Source: Lingula anatina (lineage: Eukaryota; Animalia; Brachiopoda). From it: DNA of 64,000 nt. The stretch covers positions 682,001-746,000 of the forward strand of contig CM120646.1 in assembly GCA_051362555.1 (NCBI GenBank), given 5' to 3'. How positions within the stretch are numbered: position 1 is the first letter of the stretch; the number at the start of each line of letters is the position of its first letter. The notes under the pieces were generated by a model. That model saw nothing but the letters and a program-made list of their open reading frames with translations. It was not told the DNA's origin and did no database searches. Positions 11,946 to 23,791 of the stretch are shown in pieces. The position numbers and the translations under genes are program-made.

Positions 11946-12802
11946 GTAAAAAGGATGGATTCGTATCTGACAAAGGAGACAACCGTCTATTGAAGAATCA
12001 GAACCAATTTTCGTTCTTTTTAAGTTGTTACTTTCATATAAAAAGAGTAGAGAAAAGCAAACTGCATTATACTGTACACCTGTTCCCACCAGGGTTTGGA
12101 AACATCGCTGTTTCGAATAATTACAAAATAACCATATGAGCTAAGGTAAATATTTTAATCAAATATTGATGGATAATGCACCCACCATTTGTTACTTATA
12201 TATACACACTGCAGATTTCCCAACTATATGACATAGTTTTTTTAATTATTGACAAACAATTTTCTGAACTATTTTGTTCAAGTTTATTATTATTATTTTG
12301 TTTGTTTGTTTGCATTGCAGAAACCCTCAGTATCAAGATTAGTGAAAGTGTTGTAAATACTTCTTCTCGTGCAAAAAAATCGTGGACACCTCTCTGTCTG
12401 TTGACAAACAAATATCGCAATGTTTCACAGCAGAAACGGCTTCATTGAGAAACCATATAATTGACTCCTGTATACAGCTACTACAGGGTTGATACCTTAT
12501 ATGGAATATTATTTTTTGGCGAGTAAATTTTCTACAAAATGTTTATTTTCTCTCTCACTATTTTAAATCCGAAACTGAGGTGTCACTCCATGTGTAGCCA
12601 GGTGTGTTACCTAATTACCACACAACTGTCAAAACAATTGATGTATGCAGTTGCGTGTTCTGTGGTCAGAAATGTTAGGGGTGGTCTTTTCGGCAATTTC
12701 TGCCCTTGTATAAAAACGCATGGGTTTGGTCAATCTTTGGAGTGCATTTCAAGAAGCAACAAAGGGATCGCCCTAAAACTTGACAGGTACTTTAGAGAAG
12801 AT

Positions 12803-13335
12803 ATGTTTCGACAGTTTAGCAACGCAGATTATTGTGGAATTCTTGCTGTCAGGGAAAATGGTCATAAACGGGCAGCCACTGCCAGGCAATTCAACATTTA
12901 TCAGGGAACCGTTAGTTAATGCTACAACAGGTGCACCTACTCCAAGACCTCGACCGGGGTGTCCTCGTATTACTTCTCCTTAGACTGCGCCGTGCTGGTC
13001 GTACAAAGACAACCAGTGTCCTCCGAAGAGAGTGGCAGAATGTCATTCAAACGCCCGTTTCAAGGCTCCCTCGTGAACAAGAGATTACTGCAAGCCGGTT
13101 ATTTTGCACGGAGACCAATAGGGAAACCACTGTTAACCGCAGGTCACATACAGTACAGCGTAGTCTGCAATGGGCTGGGGACCACGTGCGTTTGCAGCCA
13201 AACCACTGGAATCACGTCGTTTTCAGTGATGAGGCCAGATGTGGAGTTTTAGGGTTGACGGTCAAATCCGTGTCCGCCAGCGTGTGCGAGAAGCATATAA
13301 CGATGATCGTGTACTGCCTGGGGTGCAAGCGTCTC
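12803..13335 (+). mobile_element. Tc1-family transposase pseudogene (frameshifted, truncated)
   Basis: Fragments ARQFNIYQGTVS (HTH), RPRPGCPRITSP (GRPR-like), VNKRLLQAGYFARRPIGKPLLT and WNHVVFSDEAR (first catalytic D) lie in alternating frames. Confidence 0.85.
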
Positions 13336-13850
13336 TGTTTGCGGAGCATTTCATGCCCGTGCCGAGAACCTTAACAACTATCGGGATGCCGTAATATATC
13401 ATAGCACGATACGTCATTTATTAAAAAATATATTTCAAAATTTATTTATTATTGTAAATAAAATTGCTTCACCATGCAAAGATTCAGTTTAGAAAATGAG
13501 GGACACGCTCATGAAGATTTTCAAATGTGTTTCAGTTCGATTCAAACTTGATATTTCAAAATATATAGTTTAGTATTTGTTAATATTGTCGATAAATCAT
13601 GATGAAAACAAATATCAAACAAACAAAGATTTTAATATTTTCCTAATTCTCTAGCCGTATATATAGGAACAATTACATGTCGTGATTGTTTTCGTTGAAA
13701 AACCAAAGGAAATGTTAAATATTTAGGATAAGAAGTAATTCATCAATTTGCAAAAGACGGCAAATCTGTAAATTTCCCGTTTGTTTAACACGAAGCGCCA
13801 GGCATTTAATAGTACATACCAACCAGTACTGAGACTGGTCTTTGTCAAAT

Positions 13851-14142
13851 AAGAACGCATTCAGAACAGATCATCAGCGGAATAACTGATCCGCCCAATA
13901 AATATGGCCGAGTCCTCTTTAAACAAGCCGCTTCATTGCCTGATGGTCTCCCCGCCTCCACACGCGACATCAGATGTATTGAATCTCGGCCCCGAGGTTT
14001 CATTGTTAGGCCCCTACATCGACGGTGCGTGAAGAGGCGGGGAGACAATCAGGGCATTAGCGGCACCGGTTTTAAGTGGGTAGACCATATTCAGTCAGCG
14101 GATCTGTTAGCACGCGGATCAAGTTGTTCTGAATGCGCTCTT
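13851..14142. mobile_element. Degenerate ~290-bp foldback (palindromic MITE-like) element
   Basis: AAGAACGCATTCAGAACA...GATCCGC pairs with GCGGATC...TGTTCTGAATGCGCTCTT. Inner arms CCTGATGGTCTCCCCGCCTC and GAGGCGGGGAGACAATCAGG also pair. Confidence 0.7.
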
Positions 14143-14337
14143 AGTCTGTGTTGGTGGTTGTAGTTAAAGTGATGCAAAATATTACCTAAGTTTTTATAGC
14201 CCACGGTAGAAAAACATTAAACTAGTTTCTTACCATGAGAATGCATAAACAAAGCCTACTCGAGTATTGTGAAGTTTAAAATAACCCAACCAAGATCACC
14301 TGTGTCACTTGAACTCGTATCTGTACAGTGTGAAACA

Positions 14338-15153
14338 ATGACTGTCTATAAAGTTCTGGCAGTGGCTCTCTGCCTGCTGGTTGCTATGAATGTTGTTCAT
14401 GGAGGTTACACCAATCCCTGTAAGACCTGCCGCGGCGGCATACTTGGTGAGTATTGTGGTAGACAGTGGATGTTTTTACAATAGAGATTATCGGTAGGGG
14501 ATTAAAAGTTCTTTTGGCTATTTTCAAGATAATAACCTCCTTCTTAACCCATGCAGCATTGGAAATGAGCATGGGAAATGAGTGTTCAGCCGTTATAAAA
14601 CATTTAAGTTATAATAAATTAATAACATAGATGTTATTTTCTAGTATATACCCACGACTCGTCACCCACCTGCGCTATATCCCCGTGCAAACACGTGAAG
14701 TGTGGATACGGATTCAGATGCGTGTAAGTTGTCACAATAAAAACAGAAACAACGGCACAATTAATAATAATTGTGTACGTGTTGGGCATATATCGGGTGG
14801 ATGAAAAACAATTCCAAGTCTAAATTATATTTTCACAAAAACTACAAATGACACAAGCACGGGATTTCATTTAGCGTTAATACTTTATTTGTGGCATGAA
14901 ATTTATGTTTCAGTTTCAGCATTCACTGGAAAACAGATGATAATTAGTATAACACTTAAAACTTTTTTGAAGTCTCTCAAATGATGATCTTCACCCAAAC
15001 TGCCACAGCTGGCTCCCTCCATTTGCAATCCCGTGCCTTGGTAATAAGCCTGACATGTATTTCTGTTTTCCTTCCAGATCCGGTTGCCACTGTACTCCTA
15101 AGTGTGTGCGTGGCGGTGCATGCTTCAATTATTTCGGGTGGCCAGGAAAGTGA
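14338..15153 (+). CDS. Secreted 10-Cys, C-terminally amidated peptide precursor, copy B2 (87 aa)
   Basis: Exons 14338-14446, 14645-14723, 15078-15153 (109+79+76 nt) give MTVYKVLAVALCLLVAMNVVHG-GYTNPCKTCRGGILVYTHDSSPTCAISPCKHVKCGYGFRCVSGCHCTPKCVRGGACFNYFGWPGK*. ATTAAA at 15391. Confidence 0.88.
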
Positions 15154-16250
15154 ATCAAGTGCACTCCAACACAATTGTAAAGCCCAATTACAACCACTGT
15201 TAAGAAACTCTAGGATGTTTTCAGTCTTGCGTAATATGAAGACATTTGCAACGTATGCATAACTGTCTATCAAATCTTTGAATTGTATACCCATAAGTTT
15301 AGATAAATGTCAAAACTTGACTTTTTAAAGCAATGATTGCAACTGCATTGGTCATCATTGTTCAATTTTTCAGATAGAAATATCTAGGACATTAAATTGA
15401 TCATCTAATTATATTTTTGTCTGTGCTACCATAAGTGCCGCATTTTGCAACTGTAACGCATTTTATATTGTAAAATGCACTTGGTTTCAAAATGCGGCTT
15501 TGCAAAAGCCAAAACAATTGCGATTCAAAATGATGTGGGTCATTGTGTTTTTTTATCTTTCGCAGAAATAAGAACTGCGCGCAACACACCATTCCGTTTC
15601 TACCTTACATCAAATAGATAGTACATGTAGCAGGATGAGTTATCTTCTTTTAAGACTTACTCGGTATCATTGACGTGATCTAGGACAGCAGACAGTGCCT
15701 TGCGTTATGAGAACCTTCAAAAACATCCAATATTCTTTAGAAAGATACAATGAATGTTATTTTCCCATATGAATGATAAAAAGAAGTTTAAAAATGAGAT
15801 CAGGTACTGACGCGGCATAGCGCATAAACTACCGTACGCACGAACATCGTGCATCATGTTATACAATTTTGGCTACCATATGTGACATAATACAAGCCAA
15901 TCCCGTGTACAAACACCATTATTCTCTTTTGTTCATTGTTTCCACTGACATTTGATTTATCTGTTATGCATTGCTGCAATCTTATTCTGTCATGTTTAAA
16001 ATTAGGGTCAACTAACTAAAGTGATGCAAATCTAGCTCATTCCATTTGTCAAATGATTTTCAAACTTAATACTCATATTTTTCAAATAACTCATTATGGA
16101 TATATTTTATCACAATTTAATAATTGCTCTAAAATAAACATTTCATGACAATGGTAAAATAAATATGTGAATGAAAATTGGACAAATGTGTTGATATAAA
16201 TAAAAAAGATAGCTGCACTTACAGTTTATCCTAATATCAATTAGTATAGT

Positions 16251-16285
<35 letters not shown>

Positions 16286-16811
16286 GTTATTAAGTAATTG
16301 ATAAATTCATTAACCGAAGTAATTGGACGCTTTACATTACTAAGATACGGGACATACGCATGCGCAGCGATGGAACGTGTTTTTGTCGTGAATGTTCTCT
16401 TTGAAAAACACGTTAATTCCATGAAAATGATTACACGAAAAATTGTTATGAAAACAACAGGTAAATGCATTTTGAAATATCCCTGTTCTTTATTAACTAC
16501 CGGGATGTGGTAACATTTTTAAGCACGAAGTGTCATTCATAATTAATTAATATTACTTTATTTAATGTTGTCTTAATTGCTTCATCTTGTGAAGTCACAG
16601 TAAGGGAAATGAGAGACACAATTACGGAGAATTTCAGATGGGTTTAATTCGATTCAACCTGATATTTTGAAATATCGTAATTGTTGATAAATATTGTCTA
16701 CAAATCATAATGAAACAAATTAAACAAATAAAAGGTTTAATATTTTTCTAATTACCTTAGCCGTTAATAACATTATAAGATTCCTGTTTTTACTTAATTC
16801 CCGGGAAGCAG

Positions 16812-17027
16812 TGCGTCAAAGAGTGGAATAACTTGCCTTTATAACTGCGTTGTTTTGAGAGAGATCTTCGTCTGGCCCAACGTGTTAGCTCATAACAGAT
16901 AGTGAAGAATCCTTGTCGAAGCCTTCCCCAGACAACAAAGAGTTGGACAAGAAGAAACAGAGAACAGAAAGGGCGTGGCGAACAATACAGATATAGATTT
17001 TGAAGAATCTATTACACAAAGCCGTAG
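16812..17027 (+). promoter_or_regulatory. Possible promoter and non-coding first exon of the NPF-like gene
   Basis: TGCGTCA (CRE-like) at 16812-16818, TATAA at 16840-16844, purine-rich stretch, GTAGGT donors at 17024/17028. The coding exon is preceded by an acceptor (TTTTCAG ending 17664), which suggests an upstream 5' UTR exon. Confidence 0.35.
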
Positions 17028-17567
17028 GTAGGTAGCCTATACATATGAGCTTTTTAATATCAAACAGGTAAATTGTCGTCAGTATTTATTGCACACGTTT
17101 AAGTGCGATATATTCTGTAGTGTGACAGTGCCTACTTTTTTACTCCGTTTGGGTAACGTTTAGGTTATGGTATTGACCTTTATACGATCGGTTCATTAGA
17201 ACACTTTTATATATACTTGATTTTTCGGTTAAAGCATCGTTTAGGAACGGAGTTGAACCAACTTCGGATTTGGCCCAGTGTTAAATAGGCTCCTCATCAT
17301 CTTGTCTATCTTGATAAAAGTTTTATTATGGTGATAATGTGATCATTTATACCGCAAATTGCAAAGTGTTAGGATGCGTTTTCCAAACGCTAATCAAGCG
17401 TTAGGCGTACGTTTAATACGCAAATCAATAGTTACAGATACGTGAATGACGTTACTCGTTCGCCACTATTATGTTACTAATGAGCTACGCAAAGTCAAAC
17501 TTTATCAGTTATCGTATGAGAAACGTACCTTAACGCCATTTTAAGCATGGTCAAACATTTGTGTATG

Positions 17568-17598
<31 letters not shown>

Positions 17599-17666
17599 GC
17601 TTGTATGCATGTAAGCAAAATACTGTAGTTCTCACATGAAGCGGCACATTTTTAACCTTTTCAGGC

Positions 17667-18404
17667 ATGGCCTCTTCAAAATGGTGCCTTACCGTAGCCC
17701 TGCTGTTCTTGTTGACCGTGACTCGGGTGACCCAGGCGGAAGGGGACAAGCAGGTGAGAACGCTCGGTCAACTTAAAGGAGCACTCCGACGTGCCTACGC
17801 CATTATCGAGATGCAAAGCCGACCAAAGTAGGTATCACGCTGTTCTTAAGACTGTTTAGTTAGGGGCACTGAGCAAAAGTATAAACGTCCTAGGCCTACG
17901 ATATACTTTGAAATTTTATCAGCATTATAGGTTATGTATAAATATAATATTAAATCATTTGAGACTTGATAAACGTTATGCAATAATACTGGTCGAACAT
18001 AATGTATGTAGTTAGTCCCACAGTAATCTTATGTTAACGAAAGAAGTAGAAGTGTAGAATCTAATCCGATCAAATTGCAGACCGCCGATAAATGTCGTAT
18101 TCCCTAGTCATTTAAAAATGTGATTTGATTCCCCATTGACTAGTTCCTTTAATTTTTCTCAAATTTTTAAACGTATGGAACACCAGTGTCTTATCATATA
18201 TTCCAGCTTTTGAGTTACAATCTCGTGAAAATAATTCGCCAGTCTTTTAATAAAATTTTCTAAATCTTATTCACCAGATTTGGAAAGCGGAAAATTTCTT
18301 CGTATCCTATCGCTGACGCTGATGACTCGCTTTGCTTAGGCGTGGACAAGAAGGCAATAGCACGCGGCGCTTTGGGAGAGGCTAATTTGGAAGAAGATAT
18401 GTGA
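17667..18404 (+). CDS. Neuropeptide Y/F (NPF)-like precursor, 95 aa
   Basis: Exons 17667-17827 and 18278-18404 give MASSKWCLTVALLFLLTVTRVTQA-EGDKQVRTLGQLKGALRRAYAIIEMQSRPKF-GKR-KISSYPIADADDSLCLGVDKKAIARGALGEANLEEDM*. Signal peptide, F-G-K-R amidation/cleavage site, and a phase-2 intron in the penultimate codon of the mature peptide, as in NPY/NPF genes. Confidence 0.85.
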
Positions 18405-18535
18405 ACACACACTGTTTTGAAGGACAATATCCAACGGCTAACGGACTTTCCCACCTAAACGGACCGTGTCCAGTGTCTGCTTCATCTGTGGCTTGCCTTG
18501 CGAACTCTCAAGTTGACATTTAGAGTTACACCAAT

Positions 18536-18793
18536 ACCCCAATCCCATACCTAGATCGATCTAGCGGGATCGGTCCATCTCCGAGGGGATTCTCGCTAAA
18601 TTGATTTCAGCTTAATATAGCGGCTTAGAAGTCTGGCACGTCTACTGAAGCTGCTAAGCGATAATTAATTATCCCCTAGCAGTTTCAGTAGGCGTGCCAG
18701 ACATCAGAGCCGTGTAAGTTGAAAGCAATTTAGCGAGAAACCCCTCGGAGATGGACCGATCCCGCTAGATCGATCTAGGTATGGAAATAGGGT
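18536..18793. mobile_element. ~260-bp near-perfect palindromic MITE
   Basis: CCATACCTAGATCGATCTAGCGGGATCGGTCCATCTCCGAGGGG pairs with its reverse complement at about 18740-18784; centre GATAATTAATTATC at 18660-18673. Confidence 0.85.
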
Positions 18794-20128
18794 TCAAGAG
18801 TACACATTAGATATGCTTGTAAACAGAAGCCATCTTGCAAGCATGCATGATATCTGTTCACAGTAACGAAGAAGTTTTTTGCATTGTTTTATCATCACTT
18901 ATAATCTCCGAGACAGTTAATATATGCTTTTTTCCCTTATCCTTGCAAATATTGAATGACTCGATAAGTATGCATGTATGAAGAAATTTGTGAATAGGTT
19001 TATGAGCCTGACGCATCAGTCTTATTACAAGCGTGTTGATCTTCTTGCTGCCAGGGACAAAAATTTTCAAGCACTTCATGTACACAATTTCATGTAATAT
19101 CTTTGTTTATTCTTCATAATACGTTGTGTAAAGCGGTAAAGGAAGCTTGTTAATTAATCTGATTAATAAGTAAAGTTCAGTAACCCTTTGTCTTGGTTTG
19201 ATATTAAAGAGTGCGAGTTCCCACAGACTGTAACTGAGCAGGCAACGAGTGAACATGAAATAATTGAAACTGGTTATTGTTGTCAGCGTTGGGTTTCCTC
19301 ATAGAATTTACATATTTTGGCCACGAATCTGGAAAGCAGTATTAAGCGCTATCCAACCCATAGGTATACAACGGTGTCCGTATTTCGAGCCTGTTTGTAA
19401 TTTTTATTAATGGCTAAATTTGCGCGGTCCCGGGCAATCTTCTGCATCCCAATGTATCAACACTTATAGTCCCATTCACTGCCCATAGGGTAATACTAGT
19501 ACATCCATTTATATGGTGAATGTGCTTCAAACATCGTTTGCGTTCGAATATATTTCATGTTCCGTTTAGAAAACTTGCCCCAATGCAGATATTGTATCGC
19601 ATCACGATCCATATTTCTCCTTTCCGAGCTAGGGCATCATCCACAATTACTTCACTAAATTTCATAATGAAGGCAAGTCGTGTGTTAGAGATGAATTTTA
19701 TCTGTTTATTCGTTTTTTTTTTTGTATCAAATTTCTATCAGACTTTTGACAATATGAAAATGTCTACATATCTCTTGGACTACTACTTAATGCCAGCTCT
19801 ACCTACTGTCCGAAATAGGCACATGTGGCGTCTGACAAGATTGAGAGATCACAAATTTCAGTTTGCGTTATTTTGCGCGTTATTTTGACAAAGTTTAAGG
19901 AATAAATAAATGAATGAAACGAAAAATAGGCAATAAGCAAAAAAAATCTATATATATAGGCCTAACATGCGCAAAGGGATATAATACCGTCTGCTGTGCA
20001 AGTTCAAGGTTGTCTAGGGTTGATCAACCTGTCAAATTTCCCGCCAGAGGTCTGCACTTTCTTTTTCTTTCTTTTTTTATGGGAAAAGCGAACAAGGGGG
20101 TAAAAGCCCAAATCAATGTTAATTATCA

Positions 20129-23100
20129 TCAAGGTGACAGACACACTAGCTCCACTTTCTTGGGTGGTGGCTCATAGATGTGACACATCTCATCACCAAG
20201 GTAAATAACGCTCTCCTCTGCCGTGAACTCGCGTTTTAAGATCACGTTTCCAAGGGGTTTAACCGCCATAATTTCCTCTATATCTTCATCTTTGACTTGA
20301 GGATACTCATTCTGTACAGGCAGTTCCATCTAGAATAAATAAATAAATAAATAATTGAACTTATATGTAATTAAATAAGATATTGACAATATGGAAATCC
20401 GTAAACAGACTTCAATTCTGAATTTAAATTTCAGAATAATTTCAGACTGTATCGCTGCAACTTTTAAATGCAGATAATTTAACTGTCATACTAAAGCTGC
20501 AAAAGTTTATGATGTTATTTGGCACAAAACTGCTAAACATTTATCACATGTTAATTTCCAATATAAACACACACAGATTACATACCTGTTTATAGACACC
20601 TGCCAGCATTTCCCTCTTCACTTCCACAGATTCCAGACTCATACTGTAAGATGGAGTATCCTGACCACCAGACATAATGCTTTGAACCCAGGCACTTCCT
20701 GGACAGCAACTGGGCAGATCTGGCTGTCTTGAGTCCATGTTGGATGAAAGGGTGACATTATTAATTAGAGGAGAAGGCTGGCTGGCGACATCCTGAGCTG
20801 ACAACAAAGACCGACAGGTGACATTCTCAGCTGACAGAGGTGACTGACAGGTGACATTCTCAGTTGACAGACAAGGCTGGCGAGTGACATTCTCAGTTGA
20901 CAGAGAAGACTGGGACATGACATTCTCAGCTGACAGGGAAGACTGACAAGTGCCATTCGCAGCTGACGTAGATGGCTGGCGAGTGACATTCTCAGTTGAC
21001 AAAGAAGACTGACAGGTGATATTCTCAGCTGACAGAGGTGACTGGAGAGCGACATTTTCAGCTGACAGAGAAGACTGACAGGTGACATACTCAGTTGACG
21101 GAAAAGACTGACAGGTGACATTATCAGTTGACAAGGAAGACTGGCCATTGACATTCTCAGCTGACATGGAAGGCAAGTAGGTGGCATTTTCTGCAGAATG
21201 TGAATCATCAACAGCTCCCTTTTCTTTCGACGGTGAAAGCGGAATACTCCTCTCTTCAGTTGTATTCTTTGGTTTTGGTGACGACTGAATGCTGTGATCA
21301 CTTGTGGAATCTGGTGGGGCATAACTGAAGTGACCCTGTAACTGTGGTGCATTAGTGTTATTGTCCACCTGTGTGACAGGTAGACTGGAAGTGCCTGTAT
21401 CAGTGTTTCCACAGGTAGGCTGCAGCACAATGGCTGTGTCACACTGCAGTTTGGTGGGATCAGCTCCAGGCAAGGGCTCCTCTGCCTGTGTAGTGTCCTG
21501 TAATGGTTCTAGCTGGATCACGCTGTGGATCCCGTCAGATTTATCTGTAGCTCTGTCACCTTTACTTCTGGCCCGTGATACAGATGGACGATCCTCAGGG
21601 GGAAGGACCCCTAAATCCACCAGCACGTGTCTTGTTCTGTAGAAGACACTGACTTCGTTCAGAATTTTACCCTTGTAGTACTTCCTGATATATCTGCCAC
21701 GGTCTTCATCCCTGCGGACCACCGTGACCACCCTCCGTCCGCTACGGGTAGTTGTCAGACCATGAGAACCTGCAGAGAAAATAAATGAGGGAATGGATAT
21801 CTTTCAAGATGTTAACATTTATCTTTTTTTTGCGTTTTAATGATTATTTTGAAGTTAACACATAAATGCTTGCAACATTCTAAATGGTGACTAAAATAAA
21901 TAAAGTAATGGAAGAAAAATATTCAAAAATGATAATTTTCATTTTAAGAGAATTAATATACCAGTAAACAGGATTCTTCCTTTTCTTTTCTACGTCCTCT
22001 TTCCATGGCTCACTCCTCAAAGCCTCATTCTTCCTCTCTATATCTTAACCTCATTTTTGTCTCTTTTTTTATTTTTCCCTCCCCAATTAAGTCTAATCTC
22101 AAACTAGTCAAGAGGGTGGGACAGTGAAAAGCTGTCGTTTTGGTAGGAAAAAGTGCAATTTCTCAGGGTGACTCAAATAAGAGAGAGGGGTTAAAAAGAT
22201 CCAATTTTTCAGAAAAACATTCCCCTTTCAGGTCAACCAACCCTTCGGTTTGAAAAAAAAAAAAAAAAAAACTCACCTCCATTGGCCCTATAACAGTCCT
22301 GTTTGGTGGCTTGTTTACAAACAGTGTCTTGATAGCAATTCTCTTCAGTCTGGAGATAGTCATGAGGTACCTTTCTCCTCCTCAGAGTATTTCTCCACCA
22401 TTGCAGTACAATGCGGTCAAAGATGGCTTCCTGGCAAACTAGTGTTATCTGGCCGATCTTAGTCAATCTATCCTGTGAAAGACTCTCCCCCTGCAAAATA
22501 GGACCTTTCACTAAAGGCAAAGATCTTCACAAAACAATGGTTTCTCCTAGTATGATCAAAATATCACATACAACTACCAAAAAAAGGAACTTAATCAAGT
22601 AACTAAGATGCTAATAACAGAGATTTTGAAGTGGGTAAATTATTATCTTTAACACAAAAAAATAAAATGTACCAAAAGATAATCACAACAAGGAAAGGAC
22701 TAAAACATTTAACCTGCATACCCATAGCCAGCAATTTCAAATGGGGGGGGGGGGGGGGGGTCTTTTTCTAAAAAAAAAAGGGGGACCTTTTACCAAGACA
22801 CCTTTTTTACCTAGATTGATTTTTACAGGGCTGACCCGCAGTTACCTTTTTAGCAGAATATCTGGGAAGTGAGAATAGAAACTCTGACAATGATACACCA
22901 TCACTGCTATCACTACTGTGGTAGAAGAACTCACTGTAACAGAAAAGAAAATAAAGTGGGGCAACTTTTAACTATTTTTGAAACTGGCATTTGAAATAAA
23001 ATGACAAACATTACAGCATAGGCCTACATTCACATGTTGAAATTCCAATGTATTACTCAAAATAAATAATGATAAAATATTAAAATTAAAAAGTTAACCA

Positions 23101-23791
23101 ATTATATTTGAAACATGTACATGTACATGTAGGCTCTTGATTAATGAGATCTGCAGGTCTGCTGAGGGAAGACCAACTACGGGAGAGAGCAACTGAACAC
23201 TGTATCTTTATACTTACAAAGTATGTGATGGGGGAATTTGGGTAGTCCAGATAAATTCCCCATCAACGTACAACGAATAGAAACAAGTTGGTGCAGAGTA
23301 GTCGGTTGTCACGATAACTCGGTATGGAGTCACTGGCCAGGCCTGGTAAATGAGAAGTAAAGAAGAAACATAAACAGGGCCGCAGCCTGAGCAAAATGCA
23401 AGGGGGGGCAGTAAGCGGACACGAGGGGGCGAAGCTACTGAGGGGGGTGGGTGTGGTGTGTAAAATTCCAAATTCCAGGGGGGGGGGGGGGCAGCTGCCC
23501 CCCTGAGGCTACGGCCCTGATAAAATATCGATAATATAAGCTTATGTTATCATGTACATTCATGATTAAGAATAACAAATGTCAACATTTAGGCTATAAC
23601 TCGGCGGTGCTGGAAGCACGTTCCCAAACCTGTGTTTCTTCCTGGCCGTCCACAATTTCCGTTCTCTGAACCAGATAACTGTCCGGACCTTGAAGGTTAC
23701 ATTCCACGTAAGTCTTGCCATCTTTATGATACTCCCGCAGGATGGTTTCTCCTACTAATATTTGAAGAGAATACCACGGTCCTCGCGGCAT
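20129..23791 (-). CDS. Uncharacterised ~657-aa protein, six exons; N-terminal globular domain tentatively DUF7918-like
   Basis: Minus-strand exons 23791-23630, 23342-23218, 22933-22846, 22490-22277, 21769-20586, 20329-20129 join in frame (1974 nt) with GT-AG sites. Motifs LQILVGETILREY..KTYVEC, WPVTPY, LYVDG, EFLFSLPRY, IGQITLVCQEA and VFYRTRHVLVDLGVLP. Confidence 0.8.
20750..21175 (-). repeat. Coding 33-bp tandem repeat, 12-13 copies of an 11-aa unit (SSLSAENVTCQ consensus)
   Basis: Repeated GTGACATTCTCAGYTGACAG units on the plus strand; translation in ORF 20544-21731. Confidence 0.9.
23375..23519. mobile_element. 145-bp MITE in intron 1 of the minus-strand gene
   Basis: TIRs CAGGGCCGCAGCC / GGCTACGGCCCTG flanked by the direct repeat ATAAA on both sides; G-rich interior. 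Confidence 0.7.

Noticed and set aside
14977-15294. ORFs 14981-15262 (+) and 14977-15294 (-) with a hydrophobic stretch
   Set aside because: Alternative frames over peptide exon 3; not conserved as ORFs in the duplicate at about 11070-11330.
20765-21442. 225-aa overlapping ORF with CQLRMS repeats
   Set aside because: Shifted frame of the 33-bp coding repeat; only the other frame joins the flanking exons.
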